From: Octopus bimaculoides
Lineage: Eukaryota
DNA: 64,000 nt
Assembly: GCF_001194135.2 (NCBI RefSeq)
Contig: NC_068996.1
Coordinates: forward strand, 8,201,877-8,265,876
Reading direction: 5' to 3'
Made by a program: the position numbers and the translations under genes. The first letter of the stretch is position 1, and each line of letters opens with the position of its first letter. Shown here in pieces: positions 38,337 to 51,241 of the stretch. Under the pieces are notes generated by a model that was not told the origin of the DNA, did not search any database, and saw nothing but the letters and a program-made list of their open reading frames with translations.

Positions 38337-39047
38337 TTAAAACAAAAAAAAATAGTCTTAAAAAAAGGTCATCCTGAGTCCTACCTGCAAAGTTGTGCCT
38401 GTACTACATGCTTTAACTCTTAGATTATTTATCCCTTCAGATTATTCTGGCAAATGTAGCGCTTGTCTATTCACTTAGTTTTGAATTAATCATGCATTAC
38501 CTTGTAGCTTCGAGATTTTGATGATATGATTGTTTAGTTTTAGAATGACTTCCTAGGATAGGTGTGAGAGGTCAGATCCAGTCAGTTTGAACATAAAACA
38601 GATAGATAATTTTGGTTTAGATACGAGGGCATTGCACTTTTGATAGGGAGATTGTGACTTCAATTCCTAGACCGGGTGTTGCATTGTGTTCTTGATCAGA
38701 ACACTTCATCTCACATTGCTCTGCAATCACTTCAACACCTGATGCTTGGCACACCTGTGTGCACTTGTTCAGATAACGTTGATTTGATGGAGAGAGAGAG
38801 TCAGCTCATGTACAGCACATACATTTGATCATTATAAACAAATCCATTTGCGCAGGTCATTCAAGAAAAGCTGAATGCTCATGTTATCTTTGACAGGAGA
38901 ATCCATCAAATGTTAAAGGATTAATGCACTAGAATTTTACATTTCTTGAATATACTCTTTTGAAATTGGGATGTGTTTAATATATTTGTGCTCTTTTATG
39001 CCATCAAATACTGTATGTTTGATAAAAAAAAAAATGTTGTTATTTAA

Positions 39048-39852
39048 CCCTTTAGCATTCAGATTACTCTGTCAAAAGTATGTATACTTACCGTAAATCC
39101 TCAAGTATAATCTGCACTTTTTTTCCCAAAATTTAAAGGTCAAAATTTCTACTGCGTACTATATATGAGGTTAAAAAGGAAAATTATTTTCTAAGCAAAA
39201 TTTTCTAAGTGATAAATATGTGAAAGGCAATTTACTTAATATTTATTTTTCACTGACGTTATTACTGTTATTTCTTTATTTTCTGCAAACAAAGTGCACA
39301 AAAAAGCTACACGTTTGCATTATGTTATCATCATCATCATCGTTTAACGTCCGCTTTCCATGCTAGCATGGGTTGGACGATTTGACTGAGGACTGGTGAA
39401 ACCGGATGGCAACACCAGGCTCCAGTCTGATTTGGCAGAGTTTCTACAGCTGGATGCCCTTCCTAACGCCAACCACTCAGAGAGTGTAGACAATAATAAT
39501 AAAGGACGTTACCGTATATACATTTACAAACCAAGGATGTTATATAGACCTCCTTGACTCAAGTTAGAGAAGGGGTGCATATTATACACAAGGTTTAAGT
39601 TTTTCAGAGGTACAGCCCCCTAAAAATCACCTGCATATTATACTCAAGGGCAGACTATACTCGGGGATTTACGGTAGTCATATTGTTTTGAATTAATCAT
39701 GCATTTTCTTGTAGCTTTGAGATTTCAGCAATGTGATTTACTTTTCTTAGAATGACATTGTAGGGTAGGTGTAAGAGGTCAGATTTAGCTGATTTCACCA
39801 TAAAACAGGTAGAATATTCCAGTCAAATGTGGCTGGTTCAAATGCTAAAAGA
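39048..39852. mobile_element. piggyBac-type MITE (TTAA TSD), host of nested elements
   Basis: TTAA (39044-47) + CCCTTTAGCAT ... ATGCTAAAAGA + TTAA (39853-56). Related copies at 38117-38336, ~38413-38620, ~55590-55670, ~55826-56046 and ~63720-63910. Confidence 0.8.
39091..39674. mobile_element. Tc1/pogo(Tigger)-type MITE with TA TSD
   Basis: TA|CCGTAAATCCTCAAGTATAATCTGC ... GCAGACTATACTCGGGGATTTACGG|TA: 25-bp TIRs with 3 mismatches, flanked by TA. Confidence 0.88.
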
Positions 39853-39896
39853 TTAAAAAGTTAATGATGTTAATTTTAGTTTTTTTTTCTTTTTAG

Positions 39897-40008
39897 TCTA
39901 CAATTGGACTGTTGATGATGTCGTCGATTGGTTAGTTCACCATGTTGAATTACCTCAGTATGTTACAAATTTCCAAACTCACAAAATTGACGGATCAACG
40001 TTACCAAG
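39897..40008 (+). CDS. STIM1: STIM internal coding exon (SAM domain N-terminal part), 112 nt, phase 1 to phase 2
   Basis: Acceptor tttttttttctttttag (AG 39895-96) and donor AG|gtaagg at 40009. Spliced to the 16048-16162 exon it reads (V)YNWTVDDVVDWLVHHVELPQYVTNFQTHKIDGSTLP(R). 21/38 identical to recalled human STIM1 V129-R166, with the NWT glycosylation sequon (human N131) conserved. Phases are compatible. Confidence 0.96.
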
Positions 40009-40450
40009 GTAAGGGCTTTTGTTTTTTTGTTTTATATTTTTAATTTTACAACATAATTATAAACTGCTTAATTTGTTGTAATTCATGATTTGATAACATT
40101 AATGATTTAAATTTTGGCAGTGTACTTACCAGACATGTGATCTGATCCTGAGATCACATGTTGAAACTAAAATCATTATGGTGTGAAAGATACGTTTGCC
40201 ATTGAAAAAAACGCACAAAGACTGTTAGCTTTACTTAAAGACGTTTATTATTTGTTATTTATTATTTGTTATTGATTTTTGTGTGTTACTGAATGCCTAA
40301 TGTGTGTCTTCCACATTGTAACCATTTAGAATAGAAAGTGAAAAGGATCTTAACACAGCATTACATATCTCATTATTAATGCTACATAAGTTTGCTTGTG
40401 ACTAATTTTACTGTGTATATGTGCATGTGTGTGTGTGTGTGTGTGTGTAA

Positions 40451-40485
<35 letters not shown>

Positions 40486-41083
40486 AAAGTANNNNNNNNN
40501 NNNNNNNNNNNNNNNNNNNNNNNNNNNNNNNNNNNNNNNNNNNNNNNNNNNNNNNNNNNNNNNNNNNNNNNNNNNNNNNNNNNNNNNNNNNNNNNNNNNN
40601 NNNNNNNNNNNNNNNNNNNNNNNNNNNNNNNNNNNNNNNNNNNNNNNNNNNNNNNNNNNNNNNNNNNNNNNNNNNNNNNNNNNNNNNNNNNNNNNNNNNN
40701 NNNNNNNNNNNNNNNNNNNNNNNNNNNNNNNNNNNNNNNNNNNNNNNNNNNNNNNNNNNNNNNNNNNNNNNNNNNNNNNNNNNNNNNNNNNNNNNNNNNN
40801 NNNNNNNNNNNNNNNNNNNNNNNNNNNNNNNNNNNNNNNNNNNNNNNNNNNNNNNNNNNNNNNNNNNNNNNNNNNNNNNNNNNNNNNNNNNNNNNNNNNN
40901 NNNNNNNNNNNNNNNNNNNNNNNNNNNNNNNNNNNNNNNNNNNNNNNNNNNNNNNNNNNNNNNNNNNNNNNNNNNNNNNNNNNNNNNNNNNNNNNNNNNN
41001 NNNNNNNNNNNNNNNNNNNNNNNNNNNNNNNNNNNNNNNNNNNNNNNNNNNNNNNNNNNNNNNNNNNNNNNNNNNNNNNNNNN

Positions 41084-41136
<53 letters not shown>

Positions 41137-41350
41137 GGTTAATGTGAGACAAACCTGAACTTGGAGACCCACTAAGAGAAGTATTCAAATCTAGGAAGAA
41201 CCCACCAACTAACCAACACCTAACCAGATTTGAAGGGGAATTATATATAGAAGTATATATATATATATGTTATATCCTTATAGATAAACCAATATACTGT
41301 AACAGTGTAATAACAATATAATCAAAACAAATGACAGGAACCACATGGAA

Positions 41351-43890
41351 TGTAACAACAATCTTTTAAGAACCAGCAATCCAACATGCTAACTCAAACT
41401 GTGAACTTTGAACTATCAACACGTGAACTGTGGAACTAGCATGAACGATCTCACTTACTCAGACTGCTACTGTTTAGATGTAGTGGTCTAGTCCATTCTT
41501 GCCAAGAGGTCTTGTACACTCGCACAACATCTCCCCTTTTGAGATTTCGTGTCCCAAAGGATCGGGAGGTCACTCTGTATATTCTTAAGAAATTTGTCAG
41601 TGCTTTGTCGTTACTTAATTCATTTCTCGCTTTTCTTAATGCTCTCTTAAAAGTGTCCACAAATCTTTCTACCTGCCCATTTGACCACGAGTGGTAGGGT
41701 GGAGTGAAAATATGCTTTATCACATGCCTTTTACTGAAGTTCTTGAATTCATACCCAGAGAACTGCGTTCCTTTGTCAGAAATAAACATGTCAGAGACAC
41801 CATATCGCGCAAACAACTTGTATATGAACTTTATAGTTGTCTTAGAGGTTGGTCTGTAGCACCTGCAAACCTCCAGCTACTTAGTACAGCTATCTACTAT
41901 GATTAGATAGTAAGCACTGTTTACTGGTCCGGCATAGTCAGTGTGTTACCTAAACCATAGGTTCTATGTCTCTGGCCACGAGTGATATCTTACTGGTGGA
42001 GCTTTGGCTGTGAGCGTGCAACCTCGGGAAGTTCTCACCAAGTTTTCGATATCTCGGTCCATAGACAGCCAATAGACATTACTCCTCATCAGAGCCTTCA
42101 TCCTTGCCGCTCCTGGATGTCCGCTGTAAAATTGATGCAATACACTTTTTTTGTAATGTAGTTGGAAACACCACTCTTTGGGCATACATCAGAATATCAT
42201 CGCAGATTGAAAAAGTACTGGCATCTGAATTTTTATTCTGTTTATTTTTTAAAGCTTCTTTTATTTTTGTAATATACACATCACCTACTGCTTTCATTCT
42301 TATATCCTGTGCCGTCACCGGTAGTTCTAGGATAGTTCGTCATAACACTTTTAATTTCACTTTTTGCCTGCAGTGCAGCTATAACAGTTTCTTCTAATGG
42401 TTCCATAGTTTTTGGAATTAATCTCGAGAGAAGTCCGCATGACCGATTTTTTTCGATGGAATGTATTGCATTTTGAAATTATAATTTATTAATATTACAC
42501 CCCAACGTTGCAGGCGATAACCCTTTTTTAGACCCATGAATCGACAGCAAAGGTCTATAGTCTGTTTGCAATAAAAAAACTTCTGCCAAGCAGAAACTTG
42601 TAAAATTTGTTAACTGCAAAAATAATTGCTAGGGCTTCCTTTTCAATTTGACTACATCTCTTCTCTACCACTATTAGCAAGCGAGAAACATGAACCACTG
42701 GTTTTGTACTTCTGTCTTTGCATTTATGAAGTAGAACTGCACTTAATCCGTGCTTAGAAGCATCAGAGGCTACAATGATGTCCATTTTGGGATCGTAGTG
42801 TGCCAACGACAGGTCTGAGATTAGAATTTTTTTTATTTCGGCAAAAGTGTTCTGGCATTTAGTGGACCAATTCCACTTTACTCCTTAAATAAGTCGTTCA
42901 ATAGAGCTCTTAACTTGTGCATATTAGGAATGTAGTTTTGATAACAGTTTGCCAGGCCAAGAAATGCTTGAAAGGTTGGAATATTTGTTGGTTCAGGTAT
43001 ATTCTTTATAGCGTCTACCTTCGACCGGTCAGGACATCTACCACTTTTATCTATTATTTGCCCAAAGTACTTAATTTGAGGTAGAAACAGTTCACCTTTT
43101 TCTTCACTCAAAGTGAACCCGAAACAGTTTAATTTTCTTAAACACAGCTTTTATGTGTTCCACATGCTGTTCATGAGAATTACTCTTGATCAAAATATTG
43201 TTCAAGTACGTGATTGCAAATTAACAATCAGATAACATAGTATCCATGATTTTCTGGAATATTGCTGATGCCACTTTTAATCCAAAAGCTAATCATGTGC
43301 ATCTGTACAATCCTTGGTGTGTATTTATTGCCAAATACTTTGAGCATTTCTCATTTACTTTTATCTGTAAATAGGCTTCAAGCAGATCTAATTTGGAAAA
43401 ACAATTTCCACTATTTAATTTTGAAAAGTTTTCTCTGTAGTCTGGTGTGGATGGTGGTATGTTTTTAAGCAATCGTTCAATCTTGTAGAGAAATCGGTAT
43501 ACAACCTAATCTTATTAAATATATATTTTTTAATACATACTGTACACTTCAAGTAATCCACCTTTTCGATGACTCCACTCTTTTCATTTACGGTTTCAAT
43601 TTCTGCAAATGGTACTTTTCTGATTGCTTTAAATACAGGTACAATGTTTTCAGTTATTTGGAAATAGGCTTCCATCTTTCTACATTGACCTAAATCCTCT
43701 TATAACACTTGCGGGAACATTTTTTTCAATTTTTTTCTTCAGTTCTTCCAAAGACTTGTTTGTAACGGGGCAGCCATTTATGTTATTGCAATAAAGATTT
43801 ATGAGGAGGTGCCATAAATTGAATAGTTCTAACCAATCTGTGCCAAACAGATTGATTGTATTATCCACAATGAATAAGTTTGGTTGTGTG
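41351..43890 (-). mobile_element. Decayed Ty3/Gypsy LTR retrotransposon: RT-RNaseH-integrase, PPT and 3' LTR
   Basis: Minus strand: LFGTDW spacer (43680-43868), RT (42878-43675), RNase H DASKHGLSAVL...SQIEKEALAIIFAV (42555-42806), integrase Zn finger GHPGAARMKALMRS.VYW (41964-42185), core SDKGTQFSG.EFK...PPYH..SNGQVERFVDTFK (41451-41816). Polypurine tract aaaaggggaga (41530-41540) directly before TGTTGTG at 41529. The far LTR end is uncertain (candidates 41351 or 41143). Confidence 0.92.
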
Positions 43891-43894
43891 TGTC

Positions 43895-45100
43895 TGTTGT
43901 ATGTTTTTTTTTTTTTTTTTTTGACTGGGGAGGGGAGTCAGGGACATGTGTCTTTTTCTGTTTATCCGTAACTTTCTTCAGTTGTTTCTTCTTTCTCCTC
44001 AGCAACTTTTTCTTCTTCTCTGACATGTTCTCCGGCTTGTCCGTTTTTTTCCTTCACCTCCTTTGCAGCATTTTGGGGAGGGGCCGCATTCTCTTTTTTC
44101 TTTTTCATTCACTTGGAGCGAACATGGCCCTTTTTCTCCACACTTGAAGCATCTGGGCCTATATCCCTCCACGGCCACTTGCAATGATAGCCCCTCTCCT
44201 ACAAATACCCTATCAGGCAAATTTTTCAGGGTCTCGTATGCCGATTGGACTACCCTTTCTAATGTCTGGCCTTTCCAATTTATGGCGTTCTTCTTTTTCA
44301 TCTGTAAGATGGATACCTCCTCCTCTATGTCATAAATCACAGCCACTGCTACACACATAACTTCATATCCTACTGGTATTTCTTCCACCGTAATTTTTAC
44401 AGTTCTGCAACCCAAGTATATGGGTAGCAGCATTATCTCGTCATTTTTTAGTGTCTTTCTTGACACCTCTTTGGCTATGTCAGCCATTTGGAACTGTGCT
44501 TTGGCAGTTGCGCTTCGTGTTCCATGGCCAATGTAGCATACCTTATTCCATATTGGTTGCAAGCACCTCTCCACCACTTCATTTTTGGCTTCCATAATCC
44601 TCTTTTCCCTCAGGTTGTAGATTTTGTATACTACCGTTCTAGCATTAATTGCTTGAACTGTTTCAGGAGGTGGCAACAGTTTAGTGTCGCTGCCACTTTT
44701 TTTAATTAAATTTCGGAACTTGAACAGTTGCTCCATTTTCAATTCTAACTCAGTCACGTTACCGCTCACTGTGGCCAAAAAACTTGGCTTTTCCTGTGTT
44801 TCCTCATTATTACTTTGTTAATCTTTTTCCCATCGCAGGAAATTTTTTTTTGGGATGCAATGTTAAATTCCATCATAAAAACTTTTTTAAATCTTTGTCA
44901 AAAATGACAAATTCACAAAAAAAATAAACCCAGTAATGGGGTAAAACAAATCGTTCAATAAAAAGTTTTTTTGAAAATAATACTCCAACAGAATTTTCTG
45001 CTCCGTAGGGTGAAAATTACTGTTTCTAGGCATACAACAGTTCAAATAACAGAATTTCAAAGTTTAACACAGAAAAATGATGTACAAAAACAGGAACGAA
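43895..45100 (-). mobile_element. LINE ORF1 (gag-like, CCHC knuckle) plus probable 5'UTR, no ORF2, lying between Gypsy gag and pol
   Basis: 259-aa ORF 43999-44778 ending ...LSLQVAVEGYRPRCFKCGEKG (L1/Tx1-type ORF1 knuckle) with a Lys/Glu-rich tail. A-run on the sense strand at 43904-43922. Confidence 0.72.
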
Positions 45101-45274
45101 CTCACATAACATTTGGTAGCAAAATGTAACTCATGACGCAAAAGATTGTTCAGCTAGAAGTGGTGTTGCCAAATTCCCATTTGAAATATATAGTTTTCAA
45201 AGTGACAACTACTCACTGATCTATAAATTAGAAAATTACTATTTGTAAATCTCACAATGAGAGATTTTCAGCAA

Positions 45275-45460
45275 CAGTACTTTGGAGTAAAGATTATTTG
45301 CCAACATAACATGGCAGACCTGGTTTAGGACGAATGTTCGAAGATATATGGACACAGATTGTGTTGTATAGCCAGCTGGAGACAATGTCTCCTGGGGCTA
45401 AATTACATCAACATTTGTTCTAAACCAAGAATGCCATGCAAATAATCTTTACTCCATAAA
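45275..45460. mobile_element. MITE-like element with long (~50-65 bp) inverted repeats
   Basis: Arm 45284-45338 is inverted at 45410-45455. A related, internally deleted copy lies at 47725-47836 with the same ~50-bp left flank. Confidence 0.7.
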
Positions 45461-45499
45461 ATTTCTTGTTTTTTCATTGCAATCACTCTAGAACTTTCT

Positions 45500-45760
45500 G
45501 TATTTGAACCTCGTAATCTTGTTCTACAATGAGAACTCTTGTGTCCCAGCTTCTGACAACTTGTTTTTAAATGGAAAATCCTTTTTGTAACGTAGGCCTC
45601 CACAACCATGACATGGATTCGAATCTGACACTTTTTGTTTTGTTTGATGGGTTTAAAATTTGGAAAGTCAAATAGGGTTGTTGGGGATTACCTAAGGGGT
45701 GTTCGGGATATGTGCCGTGTGGTTATTTATCCTGGGTTGCATGTAGATTTTGGGTAAAAT
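45500..45760 (-). mobile_element. Gypsy gag fragment (tandem zinc knuckles)
   Basis: Minus strand PCHGCGGLRYKKDFPFKNK, frameshift, then CQKLGHKSSHCRTR. This is a degenerate double CCHC upstream of, and co-oriented with, the pol fragment. Confidence 0.7.
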
Positions 45761-46991
45761 TTGAAGGTAAAATTTGAACTCCTATTGGAATTTACATACC
45801 ACGGACAAGAAGCATTTCTACCACTTCTACACACCACTTTCCTTGGATAATGGAACTGCAACTATAAAATCCTACATATATTTTTATTTTTATTTCTACA
45901 TTCGTTCTCCTGTCTCCCTTATACACTCCTTATTTGCTTCCTTTTCCAAACTAACTCCTTATATTGAACTGTAATAACTCCTTCTATTTAACCATACCAC
46001 GCTGTCTCTGATAGAGCGATATCCCTAATATCCCAGAAACAGCTGAGACTAACTTTCTCTTTATAAAATGTCCTATAAATTCCACACAGCCTTGGCTTTG
46101 TTGCCTCATTTTATTTAACATATACATGCTCATACAAGACCCACATTAGACTCTTCACTCGTATCATTATCAAACTGAGAGTTTAACTAGTCCTTCCATA
46201 GCACTTACATAGCGTTACCTGCCACCTTGGGTCTTCTGGATACCAGTACCTCTCAATACATACATGCAGATATATATGTACACTTCTCTATTTTTCAATT
46301 GTGTGTATTTACTGTATGACCTTACCTCCAAACAAACCATTGAGAGAGAACTTCTGTTTGAATGTTCAACCTACCTTATGTTCTGACTATACAAGTTGAA
46401 TTTTTCAAAACAAAATTTACAGTAAAAACAAAAAAGAGAAGTAGGCCAACTTATATGGGAGGACTAAGAATTTCATGTGAAATGCAGCAGGATTTGGAAC
46501 GGCAGTGATGAGGTTTGGATCTCTGTTATCTCATTTACTTGTTTTAGTCATTAAATTATGGCCATGCTGGGTCACTGCCTTGAATTTTTAGTCACATGAA
46601 TCTACCCCAATACTTATTTTGTTTTCTAAAGCCTGATACTTACTCCATTTGTTATCTTTTGGTGAACTGCTAAGTTACAGGGATGTAAACACACCAACAC
46701 CGCTTGTCAAATGGTGGTGGGGGGATAAACACACACACACACACACACAAACTTTTTTCAGTTTGCATCTACTAAACCTACTCACAAGGTTTTGGTCGGC
46801 CTGAGGCTATTGTAGAAGACACTTGCCCAAGGTGCCATGCAGTGGGATTGAACCCAGAACCATGTGGTTGGGAAGCAAGCTTCTTAATACACAGTCACAC
46901 CCACACGTAGTGTTTACACTATATGTTAACAATGTAAATATACAATGTTGACTTGTATGGTGGAAAATAAGATTGAAGTTATATCTATCTA

Positions 46992-47024
<33 letters not shown>

Positions 47025-47724
47025 TTGTCTGTCTGTCTGTCTAAATATATATATATACATACACGTGTGTGTGTGCATGCATGGCTGTGTGGTCAGAAGG
47101 TCGCTTCCCAGTCACATGGTTCCAGGTTCACTCCCACTGCATGGCACTTTGGGCAAGTGTCCTCTGCTATAGCCTCAGGCCAACCAAAGCCTTGTGAGTG
47201 GATTTGGCAGATGGCAACTGAAAAAGGGTTATCATATATACATATTTGTATGTGTATATTGATATTTTTGGTCTTTGTTTTCTCCCTATTTATATGTATA
47301 TATATGTATGTATATTTTGCATATTCATCCCAAGCAATTTTAATTGTTTATATGCATCATTATACATGTATATAATATATATGTATGTTTGTTTGCCTTT
47401 GTGCTTATCTGTGTTTGTCCCCCACCACTGCTTGACAACCAGTGTTGGTGTGTTTATGTTCCCTGGAAACTTAGCAGTTTGGTAAAAGAACTGATAAAAT
47501 AAGTATCAAGCTTAAAAAAGAAAAGTACTGGGGTCAATTCATTTGACTAAAATGCCCCAGCATGACTGAAACAAGTAAATGATAAAAGATTATATATAAT
47601 ATATATGTATGTATGTATGTATATGTGTGTGTTGGGGAGGGGGAGGGGGTCTGCATGTTTACAATGATTCTACTACAATGTTGTTAGAAAATTGCTATTT
47701 GTAAATCTCACGAGAGATATTCAG

Positions 47725-47836
47725 CAACAGTACTTTGGACTAAAGATTATTTGCCAACATAAATTACAGCAACATTCGTCCTAAACCACAACTGCCATGT
47801 TATGTTTGTAAAATTATCTTTACTAGAGTACTGTTG
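47725..47836. mobile_element. Internally deleted copy of the same long-TIR MITE
   Basis: caacagtactttggactaaagattatttgccaacataa ... ttatgtttgtaaaattatctttactagagtactgttg. The right arm is the reverse complement of the left arm of the 45275 copy. Confidence 0.7.
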
Positions 47837-48485
47837 TTTTAATCCTAACTCATTGGTTTAATCTAATGGTTTGCCAAACAAGGACATTTCAAAACTGTAA
47901 TTTCTGTATTCAATTATTAATGTGAGAAAAATCTGATGCCGAATCACACAGAGTTGTTAATCAAATACCGGAACGTATTTTGTCTGAAATGTTCAATATA
48001 AGTTTATTTTGGAGATTATATATTTTTTACTTTTTATTTGATATACATACTTTTGTTGTTGTTGTTGTTGTTGATTGACATACTGTATATTGATATTAAA
48101 ATGTACTCATTTTTTTCTCATGTCATCATAATCTGCTGATAAGAAAACTCTTAAGTATGTTTGTTAATTTTGTTTTTATCTCGTCTTAAAATTTAAAACT
48201 ATTAGTGGCTCCCTGTATGTCCCAGACTTTTATTCCTTAACATTTTGGTGGTAATTAATGAAAGTTGGAGCAATTTCACTATATGTAATAGAAATTATAT
48301 ATGCCTCATGATGTCATTTGAACAGTATTATTTCAAACAGTTGTTAAGCCTAGTACTTATTCTATCGGTCTGTTTTACTGAACTGCTAAGTTAAAGGTAT
48401 GTAAGCACACCAACATCAGTTGTCAAGCGATGGTGGGGGGACAAACACAGACACACAAATACACACACACACACACACACACACA

Positions 48486-48710
48486 GCAGTGAGCTGGCAA
48501 AAACGTTAGCACGCCGGGCGAAATGCTTAGTAGTATTCCATCTGCCGCTACGTTCTGAGTTCCAATTCTGCCGAGGTCGATTTTGCCTTTCATCCTTTCG
48601 GGGTCGATTAAATAAGTACCAGTTACGCACTGGGGTCGATATAATTGACTTAATCCGTTTGTCTGTCTTTGTTTGTCCCCTCTGTGTGTAGTACCTTGTG
48701 GGCAGTAAAG

Positions 48711-48716
<6 letters not shown>
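48486..48716 (+). mobile_element. SINE family C (long-tail form) inserted in a (CA)n tract
   Basis: Same family, with CA repeats on both sides. Confidence 0.9.
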
Positions 48717-48753
<37 letters not shown>

Positions 48754-48819
48754 ATATATTTATACACACACACACNNNNNNNNNNCACACACATACACAT
48801 ATATTTATACACACACACA

Positions 48820-48866
<47 letters not shown>

Positions 48867-49315
48867 GAGGCAAATTTGTTGTTGAAGCAGCACTTAAATT
48901 TGAAAATTGTTTAAAATACATCTAAAATACATTTCAAATTGTTTCACATCTATGTGTTTACTCTGTATATGCTTTGTGTATTTTGCGGTGACTGCAGTAG
49001 CATAGCAGATTATATATACTCTCAAACTACTTGGTGTAAAACACCACACAGATTACTCACCCTCAATCCCATTTCAGAGTGATGGACATTGGGTTTGTCA
49101 ACATCATGTACCTGCCAGGGTTGAAGGCAAGTCACCCAGCCAGTCCATGTCTTATATGCTCATGGCTTGTAAAATCATAAGCTGCTATGCCTGGAAATTG
49201 CAAATGTAAGAGAAAATTTACATATGGAATAAAAGCAGGTGTAGTATAATGAATATTATTAACTACATATACTTAATGTACATGCTTTGTGTGTCTGTGT
49301 GTGTGTGCGTGTGTG

Positions 49316-49382
<67 letters not shown>

Positions 49383-49912
49383 NNNNNNNNNNNNNNNNNN
49401 NNNNNNNNNNNNNNNNNNNNNNNNNNNNNNNNNNNNNNNNNNNNNNNNNNNNNNNNNNNNNNNNNNNNNNNNNNNNNNNNNNNNNNNNNNNNNNNNNNNN
49501 NNNNNNNNNNNNNNNNNNNNNNNNNNNNNNNNNNNNNNNNNNNNNNNNNNNNNNNNNNNNNNNNNNNNNNNNNNNNNNNNNNNNNNNNNNNNNNNNNNNN
49601 NNNNNNNNNNNNNNNNNNNNNNNNNNNNNNNNNNNNNNNNNNNNNNNNNNNNNNNNNNNNNNNNNNNNNNNNNNNNNNNNNNNNNNNNNNNNNNNNNNNN
49701 NNNNNNNNNNNNNNNNNNNNNNNNNNNNNNNNNNNNNNNNNNNNNNNNNNNNNNNNNNNNNNNNNNNNNNNNNNNNNNNNNNNNNNNNNNNNNNNNNNNN
49801 NNNNNNNNNNNNNNNNNNNNNNNNNNNNNNNNNNNNNNNNNNNNNNNNNNNNNNNNNNNNNNNNNNNNNNNNNNNNNNNNNNNNNNNNNNNNNNNNNNNN
49901 NNNNNNNNNNNN

Positions 49913-50226
49913 CCCAGTGTTTGACTGTTCCATATGAAGGAGCATTGTCTGTTAAGGTTCTCACCATATCTTCATGGATTTCTGATGGAGTCATGCCTTT
50001 CAAATGAAGCTACTTTATGACAGCACGATACTCAGTTTTCTCCATTTTCCTTGTAAATTCGAAACTCGTTTATTCAAAAATCTCCAACAAAAAAATTTTA
50101 AATATCAAAATCATGAAAATGAGCAAGAATACTCCGAAAAGACTGTACTTAACAGAAAAAATTGTTTCAGCTACCTAGCAGCCCCGTTTCTAGGTTAGGC
50201 TCAAAACTTTTCAGACACCCCTCGTA
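49913..50226 (-). mobile_element. Mariner transposon 5' end (TIR + transposase N-terminal HTH), running into an assembly gap
   Basis: TA|CGAGGGGTGTCTGAAAAGTT terminus at 50226-50205, resembling irritans/Hsmar2-type termini. ORF MKGMTPSEIHEDMVRTLTDNAPSYGTVKHW is the mariner HTH motif. Confidence 0.88.
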
Positions 50227-50760
50227 TATATATTGCTTAGGAATTGTGAAACTAATAACCTAGTGTAGAACTCAATATACGTATATTTCAGAACAAAGTG
50301 GTAGATGAGTATAGACCAGTAATAAGAAAATGAGATGATACAGCAAAAACAGTGGTTATGTTATGAACTTCATTAGCTTACTGCTGTTTCTGCTTTAAGA
50401 TGCAGTGGACTATTTGTTGAGTGCCTGAATAACACCCTAAAGCTTCATTGGAGCCTTGGATATGAAGTGCAATATATTTTGGGAAGGCAATATACAGGGA
50501 AGGCATTACCAGTGAGAAAGTTATGGAACATTTACATTGATGACTCTGAATTTCTCAACAGTGATTAAATACTCATTACTGTTTATCAACTGTTGCAAGA
50601 TTAATGCATGTTTAAAGCATGTATAGCACAAGAGAAAACAATGTTGGTACAACCGTTACTGAATTTTTTGACTGCATACTTTACGTCATTTTGTCATTTA
50701 GTGAATTCAGCCCTCGGTTTCCAACAATATTGAGATCTACCGTTGTTACTTCTTTTTGGC

Positions 50761-50880
50761 TCTCCCCACTTCTCTCTCTCCCCACTTCTCTCTCTCCCCC
50801 CACTTCTCTCTCTCCCCACTTCTCTCTCTCCCCACTTCTCTCTCTCCCCACTTCTCTCTCTCCCCACTTCTCTCTCTCTC
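50761..50880. repeat. 16-bp minisatellite (CCCCACTTCTCTCTCT)n, ~7 copies
   Basis: Direct reading of the sequence; period 16 (cccc at 50764 and 50780). Confidence 0.9.
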
Positions 50881-50918
50881 TACACACACATGCACTCACA
50901 TGTGTGTGTGTGTGCATG

Positions 50919-50953
<35 letters not shown>

Positions 50954-51199
50954 CGCTGACCACTACACACATTGTTTTCTCTCCTTGTTTCTTTCTGTGT
51001 TCCTTTCTGTTGAAGTGTGTAGGCTCAAAATGTTAAAGACTTTCTCTATTCCTGAGCGTTATACTAATACATCCATTTGTTGTCTTCACCACCTGTCTTC
51101 GTCTGTTGTTTTTTCGTGAATTCTCCCTATATATACATATGTATACATATACATATACACACACACATACACACACACACACATATATATACACACATA

Positions 51200-51241
<42 letters not shown>

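Noticed and set aside
45095-45125. ATAACA-TTTGGTAGC resembling an LTR end plus Met-tRNA primer-binding site
   Set aside because: It is on the strand opposite to the Gypsy element, the match is short, and there is no matching LTR.
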